Origin: Entomortierella parvispora E1425
Taxonomy: Eukaryota > Fungi > Mortierellomycota
Length of the DNA: 64,000 nucleotides
Direction of reading: 5' to 3'
NCBI GenBank assembly: GCA_020891255.1
Contig: BQFW01000012.1
Location: forward strand, 1,178,001-1,242,000
Every line of letters begins with the position of its first letter. Position 1 is the first letter of the stretch. Position numbers and translations under genes: made by a program. This document shows positions 1 through 18,948 of the stretch, piece by piece. The notes under the pieces were generated by a model. The model was given only the letters and a program-made list of their open reading frames with translations. It searched no databases and had not been told where the DNA came from.

Positions 1-2864
1 GGAAATGCTCTCAAGGACAAGAGCTCTACCCCCAATGGCACTGGCGGGGTCTCTCCCACGAAACGAGAACCCTCTCCAACGGGTAACCAGGATTCCTCAA
101 ACACGGACGATGACCCCAATGCTTCGAATGACCATGTGCAGGCCGACATGACAGAAGAGGCAGATGAGGCGATGGCAGAGGCAGGTCGTAGCCCACCCGT
201 CGAAACTGACGAGCAAGTCAAAGGTGCAAGTTTGTCCGGAAAGGAGGATCCAATTGAGGAGAAGGATCCAACTCAACCTCTGGATTCTGAATTTGGTGAT
301 AGTCAGACGGACGACACTCCTGCGGCTACACCGACAGATGCTGACGAGGACAAAGATCGGGACGACTCAACCGAGGGCATTGAAGCGGATCAAGGAGAAG
401 ACGGTGAAGAAGCCGAGGAAGGTGAATTTACAGATGACGGTGAAGTGGCGAACGATGATTCTCATCAGGGTCAGGCAGATGGCCTGGACCTGTTGGCCGC
501 AGCAGAGGCATCTATCGCCCTTGCAGAGAAAGATCAGGACGAGGACGCTGTAATGGCAGAGCCCGACGAAGTTGGTACACCGACAGAGCAATCAGCCGAG
601 TCCGAGATCGATTCGCAGCAGGAAAGAACCGACGGCTCCGATGAGGAAGAGGAAAATGACGAAGATGAAGACAAGATGAACGATAATGAAGATCAGGAGG
701 ATGAGGAGGACAACGAGGACGAGGAAGAGGCCGAAACACCCGCGGCTGTCGTTGACTTCAAGAAACCCTCTCTCCTCTCTCAAAAGCCCACCTTAAACAG
801 ACCTCAATTGATCGAGGAAGAAAAGGACAGTGGCGACGAGCTCTCAGATCTCTCAGAGTTTGATGACACAGATGACTCGGATGAGGAAGAAAGTACCAAG
901 GCGACGAGTGAAGCCGCTTCTACTCCCAAGGCGCCAAGCACAAGCCAGATCAACACTAGGCCCTCTCTGGGAGGACGAAGAAAGTCACTACGTGAGACCA
1001 GCCGTGAACGTCGCGAGCAGGAGCAGGAGCGAGTTAAGCGGGAGAGGCAAGATGAAGAAGATGACGGAGACTCTTCAACAAACGAACGTCCTGTCTCTAA
1101 TCGAGCAAGCCAATCGAAGCGTCATCGAAGACTCTCAGAGATTCGACACGATGAGGAAAGAGACTCTGGATCCGATGCCACAGAGGGTGAAGACCAGGAG
1201 AGAAAAACTGCGGAGGAAGAGGAGGAGGAAGAGGAAGAAGTGGAAGAAGGTAGGTCTACCATGTTCCGAGCTGCCCTGACAAACACAAAATGGGCTTTTT
1301 TCTGATTATAATTGAAACCATTAGATGCCGAAGTCAAACTTAAACAAAAGCAGGCCCTGGATGCCTTATCAAGCATAGAGGAAGAGTTTGCAAACCTCCG
1401 AGATCGGTAAGTTTATGATATTCTATGTCTGACGCCTAAGACGGATGACGATCCCTAATATCGTTATTTCAACATTTACAATAGCATGTACGACGAGAGA
1501 ATGCGTGAACTAGACAAGGAAGTCGAAATGATTAATGAAGGTATGATATTTCCCAAACCCTGTCAATGAGAAGACGGGCGACTTTATCATAAGGAGAGGC
1601 TGATGATTCTGTGCTGATTCGCAACTATGTAGGCACTCATCCGGAACTCTCATCACTGATGCGGGAAATTGAAGACAAGAGGCACCAGCGCCTTCGAGTA
1701 GCAAAGGCCTGGAGGACCCATTTGGGAGAGATTGCACAGTGTCAGTTCGAGATTACAGAATATCAAGCCCACTGCACGTACCAGGTGAGAGAATCGTTTG
1801 CTGGGGTTTGCATCATTTATTTTCTGATGATATTGATGGTTACCTTGCGCACGACACTGACTCTTTTATGTTTTTATAACAATTTATAGTCAACGAAGAG
1901 GACAGCACGGACAGACATGGCCAGAGAGCTGGGTAGAAAGCAACGCAAATTGATCTTGGAACTGACTCTGTCCTCTGATACCCGCAGAAAGAACGGTATG
2001 GATTCAATCAACGCAATCATTTTGGTTCATGATCTTGTATTAATTCAAATTTTGTGCATACATCAGTGACGGCAGAGAAGCAAACCTTGGTGCGTGCACG
2101 CAAGCAGAGGAAATACGAAGTACAAGAGATCAGGTTACTGAAAGAAAGGTCTGGAGTTCCAGTGACCCCGATGCCACCCATGCTCACTCATGAGGAACTT
2201 GACGAAGACTTTCAATCTATGGGGGTAAGAACAGTCAAATAGTGTTGCTTTTTTCTTGACAAGACTCGATACATACTGACGCTGTGTTATCATGCAGTTG
2301 GCTCGCCCTGTAGCCCCACCATCCCAACCAGCTTCATCTTTTGATCACGTGGGAGGACATCACCACTCAAGTTCTTCAAGGATAGGAGGGTCATCTATGG
2401 CTTCGAGCATTGGACAGCGAGGTGGGCACTTTATTGACCATAGATCTCATGGTAGGTTGCTTTTTCTTTTTTTCTTTTCTTTTTTCCTCCAAAAACTGTT
2501 GCTAACAAATACGTTCGGCTTTCATTCAAAATCAGCAGCTCGTCCAGATGTTGAAATATATGTGGATGGCAGTCGATGTATGATTGACGGAATTTGGTAC
2601 AGACCCAATGATACCGTTGTAGTCTTGGATGCAGCAATTGGACAGTACCAAGCCAAATATTTGTTCTTGGCTGATGACGAGGTAAAAAGAAGGGGAAAAA
2701 AATCAATGGGCACTAGGGACCATTCATTCTAAAGGATCCCTTCTCACCTTTTTGCTCATTATTGTGTTGTTTAGGTCATGTTGCAGAAAACGGATGGCAC
2801 AAAGACACGGATTCATTTGGATCTCTTCCGGGTGCGGAAATTATATATGCAGCCAAAGGCTTGA
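1..2864 (+). CDS. Sds3/Dep1/BRMS1-family Rpd3L-Sin3 HDAC complex subunit, 5'-partial, multi-exon
   Basis: Frame 1 is open from base 1 with a very acidic region. Splicing (first introns 1250-1324 and ~1408-1483, then several more GT-AG introns) gives the Sds3 coiled coil 'QALDALSSIEEEFANLRDRMYDERMRELDKEVEMINEGTHPEL' and a SUDS3-like C-terminus 'VEIYVDGSRCMIDGIWY...VMLQKTDGTKTRIHLDLF'. TGA at 2862-2864. Confidence 0.85.
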
Positions 2865-2978
2865 GCGAACCGCTCGATCCCGTTGTCTTGTTCCCTCCTC
2901 TCTTCGCAACCCCCACCTCTTAATAAACAACAAATTAAGTGTGAAAGTTATGCTCTATGTTATTGACTTTTGTAGATA

Positions 2979-3736
2979 CTAATTCTTTTCGGAGGCATCG
3001 CGCTCCTGCAGTAAGTCACGAATGTGAGACGTAACAAAGTACCGAGACATGACATCGGAGGACAGGAACTTTGCACCTTGAATGCTTTTACAGCAATTTT
3101 CAGCACCGCACCAGCAAGGGAAAGGTTGGTCCATCTCCCACTCACTCGAAGGATAAAAAAAAGTCAAAGGATCACCTAGTGCAAAGAGGTAAATAATTGG
3201 AATAGGAGACGGTTGGAATACGTAAAATAAATAAAAAAAAAAGTGCGGTATTTTTTTACCCTTCTTGATATTAATAGCTGCAATCAACCGCATCTTGTCT
3301 GTATCGAAATGAGTGGATGGCTTGCAAGAGTGGTTGAGAAAGACGACTAAACAGCAGCGGGAAGAAAATAAAAAAAAATAAAAAAAAAAAAAGAGAAAAA
3401 AGATCAGCATGCATGACAGCGGTCCGTTTTGTGGATCTCCCTCCTTTTTTTTTTTTTTTTTTTTTGTTTCTGTTATTTCCTACGGTCAGAGTTGAGCTCG
3501 ATATGCAGATCGCGTGCAACCTGAACGGAGGTATATTTTTTGGGTCCAGGGGTTGTGCCCTTGATATCGCAGATGACCTCGCCTTTGGAAAAGTCCTTGG
3601 AGGCGACAAGCTGAGAGTTGAACGAACCCTCGGCATAGACAACCTCAAAGAGTCCAGGATGAGAAGGCTTGTAAGCCTTCTTTACCGCCTCTGCGTCCAA
3701 AATGGTGTCCTCTTTGATGTAGTTTGTGGCAGGCAT
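2979..3736 (-). CDS. Small stand-alone SET/post-SET domain protein (putative lysine methyltransferase), 3 exons
   Basis: Exons join to give 'SDLVFLNHSCKPS' (SET NHSC motif), 'IKKGDPLTFFYPSSEW' (ELxF/YDY-like) and post-SET 'FPCWCGAENC'. Second intron 3259-3176. Confidence 0.85.
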
Positions 3737-4143
3737 TGTATCAGTTGGAGCGTAGTGAGGCCAACGGGAAGAGAGCGTGGGAGGTGATTGAAAAGAGAGA
3801 GAACAAAGAAGAAAGAAAAGGGTTCAGTCCCAGCAAGCAACGAGAACGAAAAATGAGAAGGCGGTTTTGCCACCAAAATGCGACTGGTGGCTTTGAAACC
3901 ATAGTGTCCACTGGCTGTCTTCATCTTGCAGGGCCAAATGAGTGTGTTGTTGACCTCCTCCTCGAAAAAAAAAGACGGCGAACATCAACTCGAGCATGGA
4001 CACGGCGACATCGTCAGGCGGCGGGAATCTCTCGGTCGAGATTGGGCATCACTATGCCATCATTGGCATGGATGGACGTGAATGTATGGGCAAGCAATTG
4101 ACAAAAAAAAAAAAAAAAAAATATAAACAATGGCGCGCCTTTG

Positions 4144-7045
<2,902 letters not shown>

Positions 7046-7370
7046 AATCGGTGGAAAAATAAATTCCAAAGGCTCCGTTTCTTTTTTTTTTTTTTTTTTT
7101 TTTTTGACGCTGCCCGTTGTGACATTCTGGATGTGGTTTGACATTGCCGAAGAACAGGACTTAAGATGGTATAGTGATAATGATGGTGCAATTTCTGCAG
7201 GATCGCGAACAAAGCGCGTCAGATGTTTTTTATTGTCACAAATGAACAAGAAAAACAGGTCGGGCAGTGCCGCGTCGGATCAGGACCCCGATAATGGAAG
7301 AGGATATATTTATCTCGAGGTCCGAGCTGATGGACTGGGCGCATGCGTGGGTAACCTGCAGGGGGGCGAA

Positions 7371-7410
7371 GTGTATGAGTGTATGAGTGTATGAGTGTGT
7401 GTGTGTGTGT
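7371..7410. repeat. Compound microsatellite (GTGTATGA)x3 + (GT)n
   Basis: Seen directly in intergenic sequence. Confidence 0.85.
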
Positions 7411-8334
7411 TGTTGTAATTTTGGTCCGTGGGCATGGATTCGAGTCAGAGTCGATTCGGCTTTCTCGCGGGAGAAGTGGAACATGAATGGTCTGTCATCA
7501 TTCAAAAGAGCCTGGGCTTTGTTAAGTCTATTGTTGTTTGTTACTGTTGGTTCCTGTTCCTGCTCCTGCTCCTGCTCCTGCTGTTTTGTTTCCAACGAAA
7601 TGCCTCAGTGCGGGGCCGGTTGGTCGAGTGGTAGACTAGAGACTATGCAGGGCGGGACAAAACGTTATCTTTCCGGGAGAGGGAGGGAAGAAGGGAGGAG
7701 GCAAGAGGCAAGAGGAGCAGGACCATGAAAGAGCAGATGCGTGCATTATTGTTGCTTAGGAGTGGGAGTGGACAGTGCGCGCGGCAACAACACTTCTGGG
7801 TCAGTTTGTTTCTGTTTCTTGTTTGTGTTCCGGTGGAGCATCATCCCAGCAGCAAACGCGAAAGCATATGAAATCACATGACAGCAGGAAGAGCGTGCAA
7901 GCCAAAAATTGACTCAGAGACAGCACACCCGCAAAAGAGAAGGAAGGACCCTTTTCTGCCATTCTCTCTTCCCTTTCTCTCTCACTTTGCCTCTTTGTTC
8001 TTCGGTCTCTTTCTTCGCACTCGTCACACTCATCACACTCTCCACTTTCACACTGATCCTTTTCCTTGTGCACACAATCACCTCCATCCTTCACCTGTCC
8101 ATTCTTCATTTGAATCTCACCTTGATCTCTCCCTTTTCTCCTCACTTCTCCTCCACAATCCAAACCACATCTGTAAACGCGCCTCCTCTTCTCCTCTTCC
8201 ACCCTGCCTGTATCGCCCACACAGCACTCCTCATACCCTTTTTCATCTCTCTCTCTCTCTACCTATCTCCTCTTCCGCCATCCTTTCTTTCTCCACAACC
8301 CACCCTCGTTCTTTAATACCTACACTTTACAAAA

Positions 8335-10524
8335 ATGCCCTGCCGCGCATCACCTCCGCCTCCTCCTCCCCCACACTCAAGTCTGGACCTGACGCCCTCT
8401 CCAGCACCGCTTTCAAATCCCCTGGTCTATCGACTACGCACCTGCTGTCTCCAAGAGTTCTTGCCCAGGGTTTCGATCAAACAGAAACGCTCCTTCGCCT
8501 CTTCTTCGCTTTCGACTCGGCCAAGGACCTGCGCTTGCCCGTGCTCCACTCAATCCTCAACCACTGTGTCATCGCCCTGTTGCTCCTCCTTGCCACCAGC
8601 AAGGTCCTCAAGGACAAGAGCTACAGAAAACAATCACACGACTCGTCCTTGTGCCTCTTTCTCTCCCCGTCCAAGTCCAACCCAACTCTCGCTTCTCGTT
8701 CAAAACAACAACCCACATACCCATTGTAACCATAATATTAATAACTTCGTCCATACCCCTGCCACCACCACTTTCGACAACAGTAACAACAACCATTATA
8801 CCCACACCAACCATAACAGCACATGGCTTCCCCCAATGTCAAATATCCAACTGTCCCAGCTCCAATCGACCCTGGCTCATCATTTCCTGGGCTGGTCTCT
8901 GACCGAGAACAACCGTGTCTCGGACGAGCAATTTCAGAAAAACGACGCGTGCAGTTCCTCGTCCTCCTTTTGCTCTTCATCAATCGAATCTGAAGATGAT
9001 ACGATCGATAAGGAGCCACGACGGGGTCATTCGTGCACAGCAAGGACGCCTGTGTTGGACACTGCAACGGCGAGCGACATGGAAAAGGATTGGGCAGAGA
9101 CCCATGAGCTTCTTTGGCCCGAGGGCGACTATTACATGGCCAAAAAGACTTTTATCCGCGAGGGCGTCGCGCATCTGAGACGGGGTCGTCGGTACGTCTT
9201 TGTGGAACCAGTCCTTGGCCCTGCAGCGTCGTACTTGTACCCCCGATGGTCATCCCCGTCAACAGCAGGAACAACAACAACGACAACAACAGGGACCTCA
9301 GAGGCGACTACGTCGTCTCATTTATCATCCACAACAACATCCGCAACAAGGCATGCAGCTGCAGGTGGGGCAGAAGGTGTTTCTTTCCCTACGGCTGCCT
9401 TATCTACCGATTCCATCAACTCGTTATCTCATCCTGACCATGGCGCTGCAGATGGTGATGAAAACAGCACTAGCAACAACGGTTATCTTGTTACACCACA
9501 TGGTGGTCCAAGACACGAAAACGACGAAGATGTGCTCGACGCAAATGAGCAAGATAAGGATCAGAATGAGGAAGGGGACGGTCGATGTCAGGATGAGAAT
9601 CCCGCGCCAGGAGGAAGAAGAGAGGGAGGAGAAGGGCTCGAAAAAGTTCAGGAGGAAGAACAGGGACACAACGAGGGTGATCGTGTTCTTGCACAGAATG
9701 ACGAATCGGTCACAGAAGACCGTGCGTCTGCGGGACGGCCACTCCAGCAGCTGCTGCTAGATAACAAGGACACGGACCCTGCTGGCCTAATCGGGGGTGA
9801 AAGGTTTGAGAAGGAGGACTCAGAAGAGACCATGGCCACTGGGCCTAATGGCGCTCCAACAGCGACCTCGACTACAACCAATACCCCAGAGTTGTCGAAC
9901 CCAAGTACGGTCACCTCCACGACCACCACCGCATCTGCTGAGAGTTCCTCGACCGATCCCTCTACGCTGGACAATACCCTCTTTGACTCTTCAGTGCAGG
10001 ATGCGACTTTGGAGGATTCTTATCCTCATCTAGACGAGCCTTCTCTGGAGCCCTACTCTCCTCTTTTGGACCCTGCCACAGATGGCCAAGACCAGTTTGA
10101 GTACGGCCTGTATGAGCTGCAATATATCCCCAAGATCCAGTACCTCCACCCAGATCAGTTCTTGCCGACTCGACAGTCGTTTATCGTTCATCTGGATGAA
10201 GATCGCCCCACTTTGGCTTCTCCAGTGCCCACGCCCCGCCCTTTGTCCTCGTCGTCATCATTTTCTCTCTCTTCGCTCGCATCCTCATCCCAATCGCGTC
10301 CATTGACCAGAACGGAATGTCGCTGTCAGCTGATGATGCGCAAGGCATTGATGCAACAAGATCTCCTCCAGGTCTGGCCTCCTGTGGCCCCCATCCGCAC
10401 CCTTCAGGAACGTTTGCAGGATGCAGAGGAGGAGGCGCGCATGATGGAGATCAAACAAAAAGTCCAGCTGCAGACTATGCATTGGCGAAAGGCCTTGATG
10501 ACCCAAACCGTCGTCTGCGGTTGA
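8335..10524 (+). CDS. Hypothetical intronless low-complexity protein (729 aa)
   Basis: Long ORF with a good start context (ACAAAAATG) after a CT-rich leader; S/T/E/D-rich; no recognisable domain. Confidence 0.7.
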   Translation: MPCRASPPPPPPPHSSLDLTPSPAPLSNPLVYRLRTCCLQEFLPRVSIKQKRSFASSSLSTRPRTCACPCSTQSSTTVSSPCCSSLPPARSSRTRATENNHTTRPCASFSPRPSPTQLSLLVQNNNPHTHCNHNINNFVHTPATTTFDNSNNNHYTHTNHNSTWLPPMSNIQLSQLQSTLAHHFLGWSLTENNRVSDEQFQKNDACSSSSSFCSSSIESEDDTIDKEPRRGHSCTARTPVLDTATASDMEKDWAETHELLWPEGDYYMAKKTFIREGVAHLRRGRRYVFVEPVLGPAASYLYPRWSSPSTAGTTTTTTTGTSEATTSSHLSSTTTSATRHAAAGGAEGVSFPTAALSTDSINSLSHPDHGAADGDENSTSNNGYLVTPHGGPRHENDEDVLDANEQDKDQNEEGDGRCQDENPAPGGRREGGEGLEKVQEEEQGHNEGDRVLAQNDESVTEDRASAGRPLQQLLLDNKDTDPAGLIGGERFEKEDSEETMATGPNGAPTATSTTTNTPELSNPSTVTSTTTTASAESSSTDPSTLDNTLFDSSVQDATLEDSYPHLDEPSLEPYSPLLDPATDGQDQFEYGLYELQYIPKIQYLHPDQFLPTRQSFIVHLDEDRPTLASPVPTPRPLSSSSSFSLSSLASSSQSRPLTRTECRCQLMMRKALMQQDLLQVWPPVAPIRTLQERLQDAEEEARMMEIKQKVQLQTMHWRKALMTQTVVCG

Positions 10525-10607
10525 ACGGGAACTAAAAAAAAGATGAAGAAGATTAAAGCTGCAAGAAATTGCCACTTTTTCTATTTATTTGCAAAATTTG
10601 GGAAATG

Positions 10608-13404
10608 TTACTGGTGAAGGTGGTGATGATGTTGATGGTGGTTGCGATGGTTGTGATGAGAGTCGTCATGTTTGCGGGGCTGGATTGGAATCGCTTCGAT
10701 ACCGTTGACAACTAGTTCAAAGTCATTTGCTGAATCTGAAATAACGTCAACTGCAATGGTATCCAAAGGATCGATCACGCCTGGGCCTTGGCCATTGTCG
10801 CTATCGTCCGTGTCCTCTGAGGTCACATCCGAAGATGCGTTAGCGCTACTTGTACTTGACGTGCTGGATACACTCGATGCGGTCTCATCACTGTCCAAGA
10901 GAGTAATGGAACCGCCTTCAATCACATTCGCAGGCGGCTCGAGTCCCGCAGAGCTAGCCCTAGAAAATACCGCATCATAATCGGTGGCTGGTGTCTGGAG
11001 GGCCGATTTTAACGAGTTTGTAGGCGAAGGAGGGCGGGCCACTGCCTTTCCAAACATGCGCTCCTCCATCTTGACTTGCATCCCTCGGAGTCTCCATTCG
11101 TTTTCCGCCAACCAGCTCTGTTGAGGCCCCACCACTGATCCAGGACGCATTAACCTCAAGAACGCAATGACCTCTCTCGCCGTCATATCAAAATGGCGCA
11201 TCAGGTAAGCGCCAATCAGAGTCCCAGTTCGACCCAGCCCTGCCATGCAATGAACCGCCACGACCCCTTGTTTGAATTGGATCACCTCCTCACTGACCTC
11301 CAAAAAGAGCTCCACAATCGACCATGGTGGGTTGGTCCCGTCTGCAAAAATCATGTCCATGTGCTGCATCCCCCGCGCCAAAAAATGGTTCTTGTCATAA
11401 GTCGGTGCGTTCAATCGGATCACCGTGTGGACCTTTGCCTTTTGTTCGAAGTAGTCCAGTAGACTCTGAAAGCTCTTTTGAAGACGGGTCCGTTTCTTTC
11501 GGATCTTCTTTACGACGGGCTGGCCTTCCATTAGTACATGTTCTTCTTTTCCTTCTCTAGCAGACGCACTGTTGCTATAACTCTCCACCGTGTCCTCTTC
11601 CGGACTACCACTTGTTATCGAGGACGACAGTGGTGATGGAGCTTTGATTTTCGAATCTTCGTGATGGCTGTGAATCGAGGATGCCTGCAGTGATGATGAT
11701 AAAGGACAGTCCCTTGGTTGGTCGGCAGGCAACATGACACTGGAAGTGATGAAGGGCGTTGATATACGCGAAGAGCCAGCAGAGGATTGAATCGGCGACG
11801 GCGTATTGGAACGCGTTGAAGCCAGGGAGCTCAATGTAGACGATGATGACTCTTCGCTAGTCGTCTCTTCTTCTGTCGCCTCGCGTCCTTCGGCGGCAGC
11901 TTCTGCTGCAGCCTGTGCCGCCCTGGCTTGAAGTTCCACGAGGCGAGCACGCGTCATAGGATCTTTTGGCCCCGCAAAAGCAATGAAAAAGGGTGTGATC
12001 CAATTAAAATCCCCGTTGACAACCCGCTCGTAGTGTTCGTACTCCTTGACGTCAAATTGATCCAAACGCAACAATCCCAAGTCCAAACCCTTTCGAAGTC
12101 CACGTAGACAATCCAAAATGCTGAGTGTATAATGAGCTGGGCAGTCAGCAGCATCGCGATATGGCGTGAAAGGCGGATGAACATATTCAATTGGAGCATA
12201 CGCCTCTTCGGGTGTTTTGTTTTGTAAGAGCATCTAAATGGACACCAGAGCGTCAGTGATTGTGGAAGGCATGCAAGTGTGTAAAATGGCCTGTGGATTA
12301 TTTCACTACTCTTACCATGTAGCAAGACATTGCAAAGGCTGCATTCGCTCGCTTTTTGTCATTTGGCTTCGTATGCAAACAAAGAATTTTGCCTTGTGCT
12401 GCAGCGATCTAGTTTCAAAAAAAAAAAAAAAAAAAAAAAGGTAAGTCAGAGACCCTGTTCCAATCACTGTTAGATCACTATGATGCTAAAGAAGCCTTTT
12501 ACCTCCATTCTCTCTTTCATCAGACAACAGAAACGAAACACATCGGCGATATTGAAGGGACCGAAGTCATGACAAAATTCCATGTAGGTGAGGTATTTAT
12601 CGATGGTCAGATATGTTGTCCTGGAGGTGCTGATGGGAGCGGTGTTCGTCCACATAAAATACAATCGATCTAAGTTACAATGTTACTACGGTGAGTATTG
12701 TGTGAAGGAGGATGCGAGCAATAGAGAAAAAAAAGGGGGTAGTAAACACGACCAACAATGAAAAGGAAATCACCTTCCATAAACTCGCACACATTCGGAG
12801 CTTCTCGATCAACGTCGTCCAAAACTGACCGTCTGCGCTGGTGCCCTCCCCGCATCTGAAGCATCCCTTGGTGGTAAGATGGGCGTCTGTCACTGCCACG
12901 CTGACTGTGCGCACCTCTGTTGGACATACTGGTAGGGGGTGATCCCTGGGCGCGTGGGCTCCTGGGGACGTGCATGGCCACCGAGCCTAATGATCCACTT
13001 TTAGGTCCAGAATGTGCCACCCCCTGGACAGTGCCGACGCCACCGCCACCAACTTTGTCCCAAAGAGCAGCAGCTCTCTCCCCGCGAGTAGTGGTTGTAG
13101 TGTCACGGTGACCATGGTCCCATTCATTTGCCCATTCCATGGGCTCATGTTGCTTCTCTAGATCCTCTTCGTTTTTGAACAACTTGATGCCATGGGTTTG
13201 CATCGCTGCATGGGATCGATTCCATGACCTGACAGGGTTACTAGGCGGTGGTGGCGTTGAAGGATGCTTTCTTCCAGCCAAGAGACTCGTCGAGTGTGCA
13301 GCACCCTGAGTCAACTTGGTGGCCGAGGTTGCCTCCTTGAGGTTGGCCATAGACAAAGTCTCGTCTTCGTAGTCGTGGCGCTTCAGGGACAAGGTTGGGG
13401 GCAT
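10608..13404 (-). CDS. CDC14: Cdc14 dual-specificity phosphatase, 4 exons
   Basis: DSPn motifs 'CEFMEDRLYF', 'DFGPFNIA', 'KKRANAAF', 'PYRDA', 'YEHYERVVNGDFNWI...FIAFAGP'; catalytic 'MIFADGTNPP' and 'VHCMAGLGRTGTLIGAYLM', 'RPGSVVGPQQ'. ATG at 13404. Confidence 0.93.
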
Positions 13405-13963
13405 TTGAAGGTGGAAATGAACAGAATGGGACACAAACAAATGCGAGGATCAAAAGAGGAATGAACTGAATGGAGGATGGGCGAAATGAAAGGACGAGGG
13501 AAGGGGGATTGGAAAGCAAAAAAGGATAGATGCACAAAAGGGAATCCTCCAGGCTTTCTGTGCTGGACCAAGACCAAAGGCCAAAAGGGCTGGCCCAGTG
13601 ACAGAACAGCGGATCAGATTCGATCTGACGGAGGTGCGTTTCTGCAAGAGCACCGTGCGACAGACACACGCGAGATTGACCCAGCTGCAGGGTACACCGT
13701 TGCTGGCCAGAAAACAACCAGCCAGTCATCAAGGCGCAGGAGATGTGCATCCCAACGAGATGCAATCCTGGAATGTGGAATCGACATCCACACTTGCGCT
13801 GCTCTCGACGGATTTTGGTGGCAACGGTGGGCTGCGGGGCTGCGGGGGCGCGTCGTCGCGTCCTCGTCGCGTTTCTCTTCGTCTCCCTTTTCCGTCCCCT
13901 TTTATCTCTCGCAGCGCGCATTTCCAGCCTTGTTCTTCACAGACAAGCACAAAGTTGTTTTTA

Positions 13964-18229
<4,266 letters not shown>

Positions 18230-18948
18230 CTCCTATGGTGCAGTGGCATCAGATCAACAAGCGGTATGAAAGGCTGTTTAGTCATGGCAGGTTTGGTCGT
18301 GTCCACGTGGATAGAGCACTCCAAAGAAACAGCCTCCACCCTGAAAAAAGGCGACGGGCTGTGCTGTCAAGTACCTGCTGTCTCCTGTCCTGATCCATCT
18401 TCGACTAGTGGTGTAAAACCCTGTAGAATGCCTGGTCGAGAGGAGATCCGTTTTGTCTCTCAAATGAGATCCCTCAATGTCGAGAAGCGAAAGGTCGATA
18501 GAGTTGGCGACAAAAATAGATAGAAAGGTATGCAACTCCAAAGAAAAAGAATGGAGTGAACGACAGGAATTTACGTCTCTTTTCTCGCTTTCTGTGCTCG
18601 GTGTAGGAAGGAGAGATAAAGGAGAATAGGGAGAGAATAAGAGCTTGAGTGAGAAGGAGTGAAGGGGAAGAGACTGGGGGAGAGAGGTCAACAAGTGAAG
18701 TTGAAAGATGATGATGATGAAGAGGAGAGGACCGAGCTGGACCGAGCAATTCAAGGTACGACGAAGGAGCGAACGAACGAACGAACGGTGAACCCCAAAA
18801 TGAATCACGTGCTTTCTTTGCCGCCAATTTTTTTTTTTTTTTTCTTCCGGTTCCTGGCCGACAAGCCAGGCATGTGCACAAAACAACACCTGAAACTTTT
18901 GAATCTTCATTCGCCTGTTCCCTTCATACCACTACCATTACATCAACC

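Noticed and set aside
7878-8729. 283-aa ORF overlapping the 729-aa gene, with apparently high GC3
   Set aside because: Its third positions are the second positions of Ser/Pro/Thr codons of the main frame, which explains the C bias; no credible start or domain.
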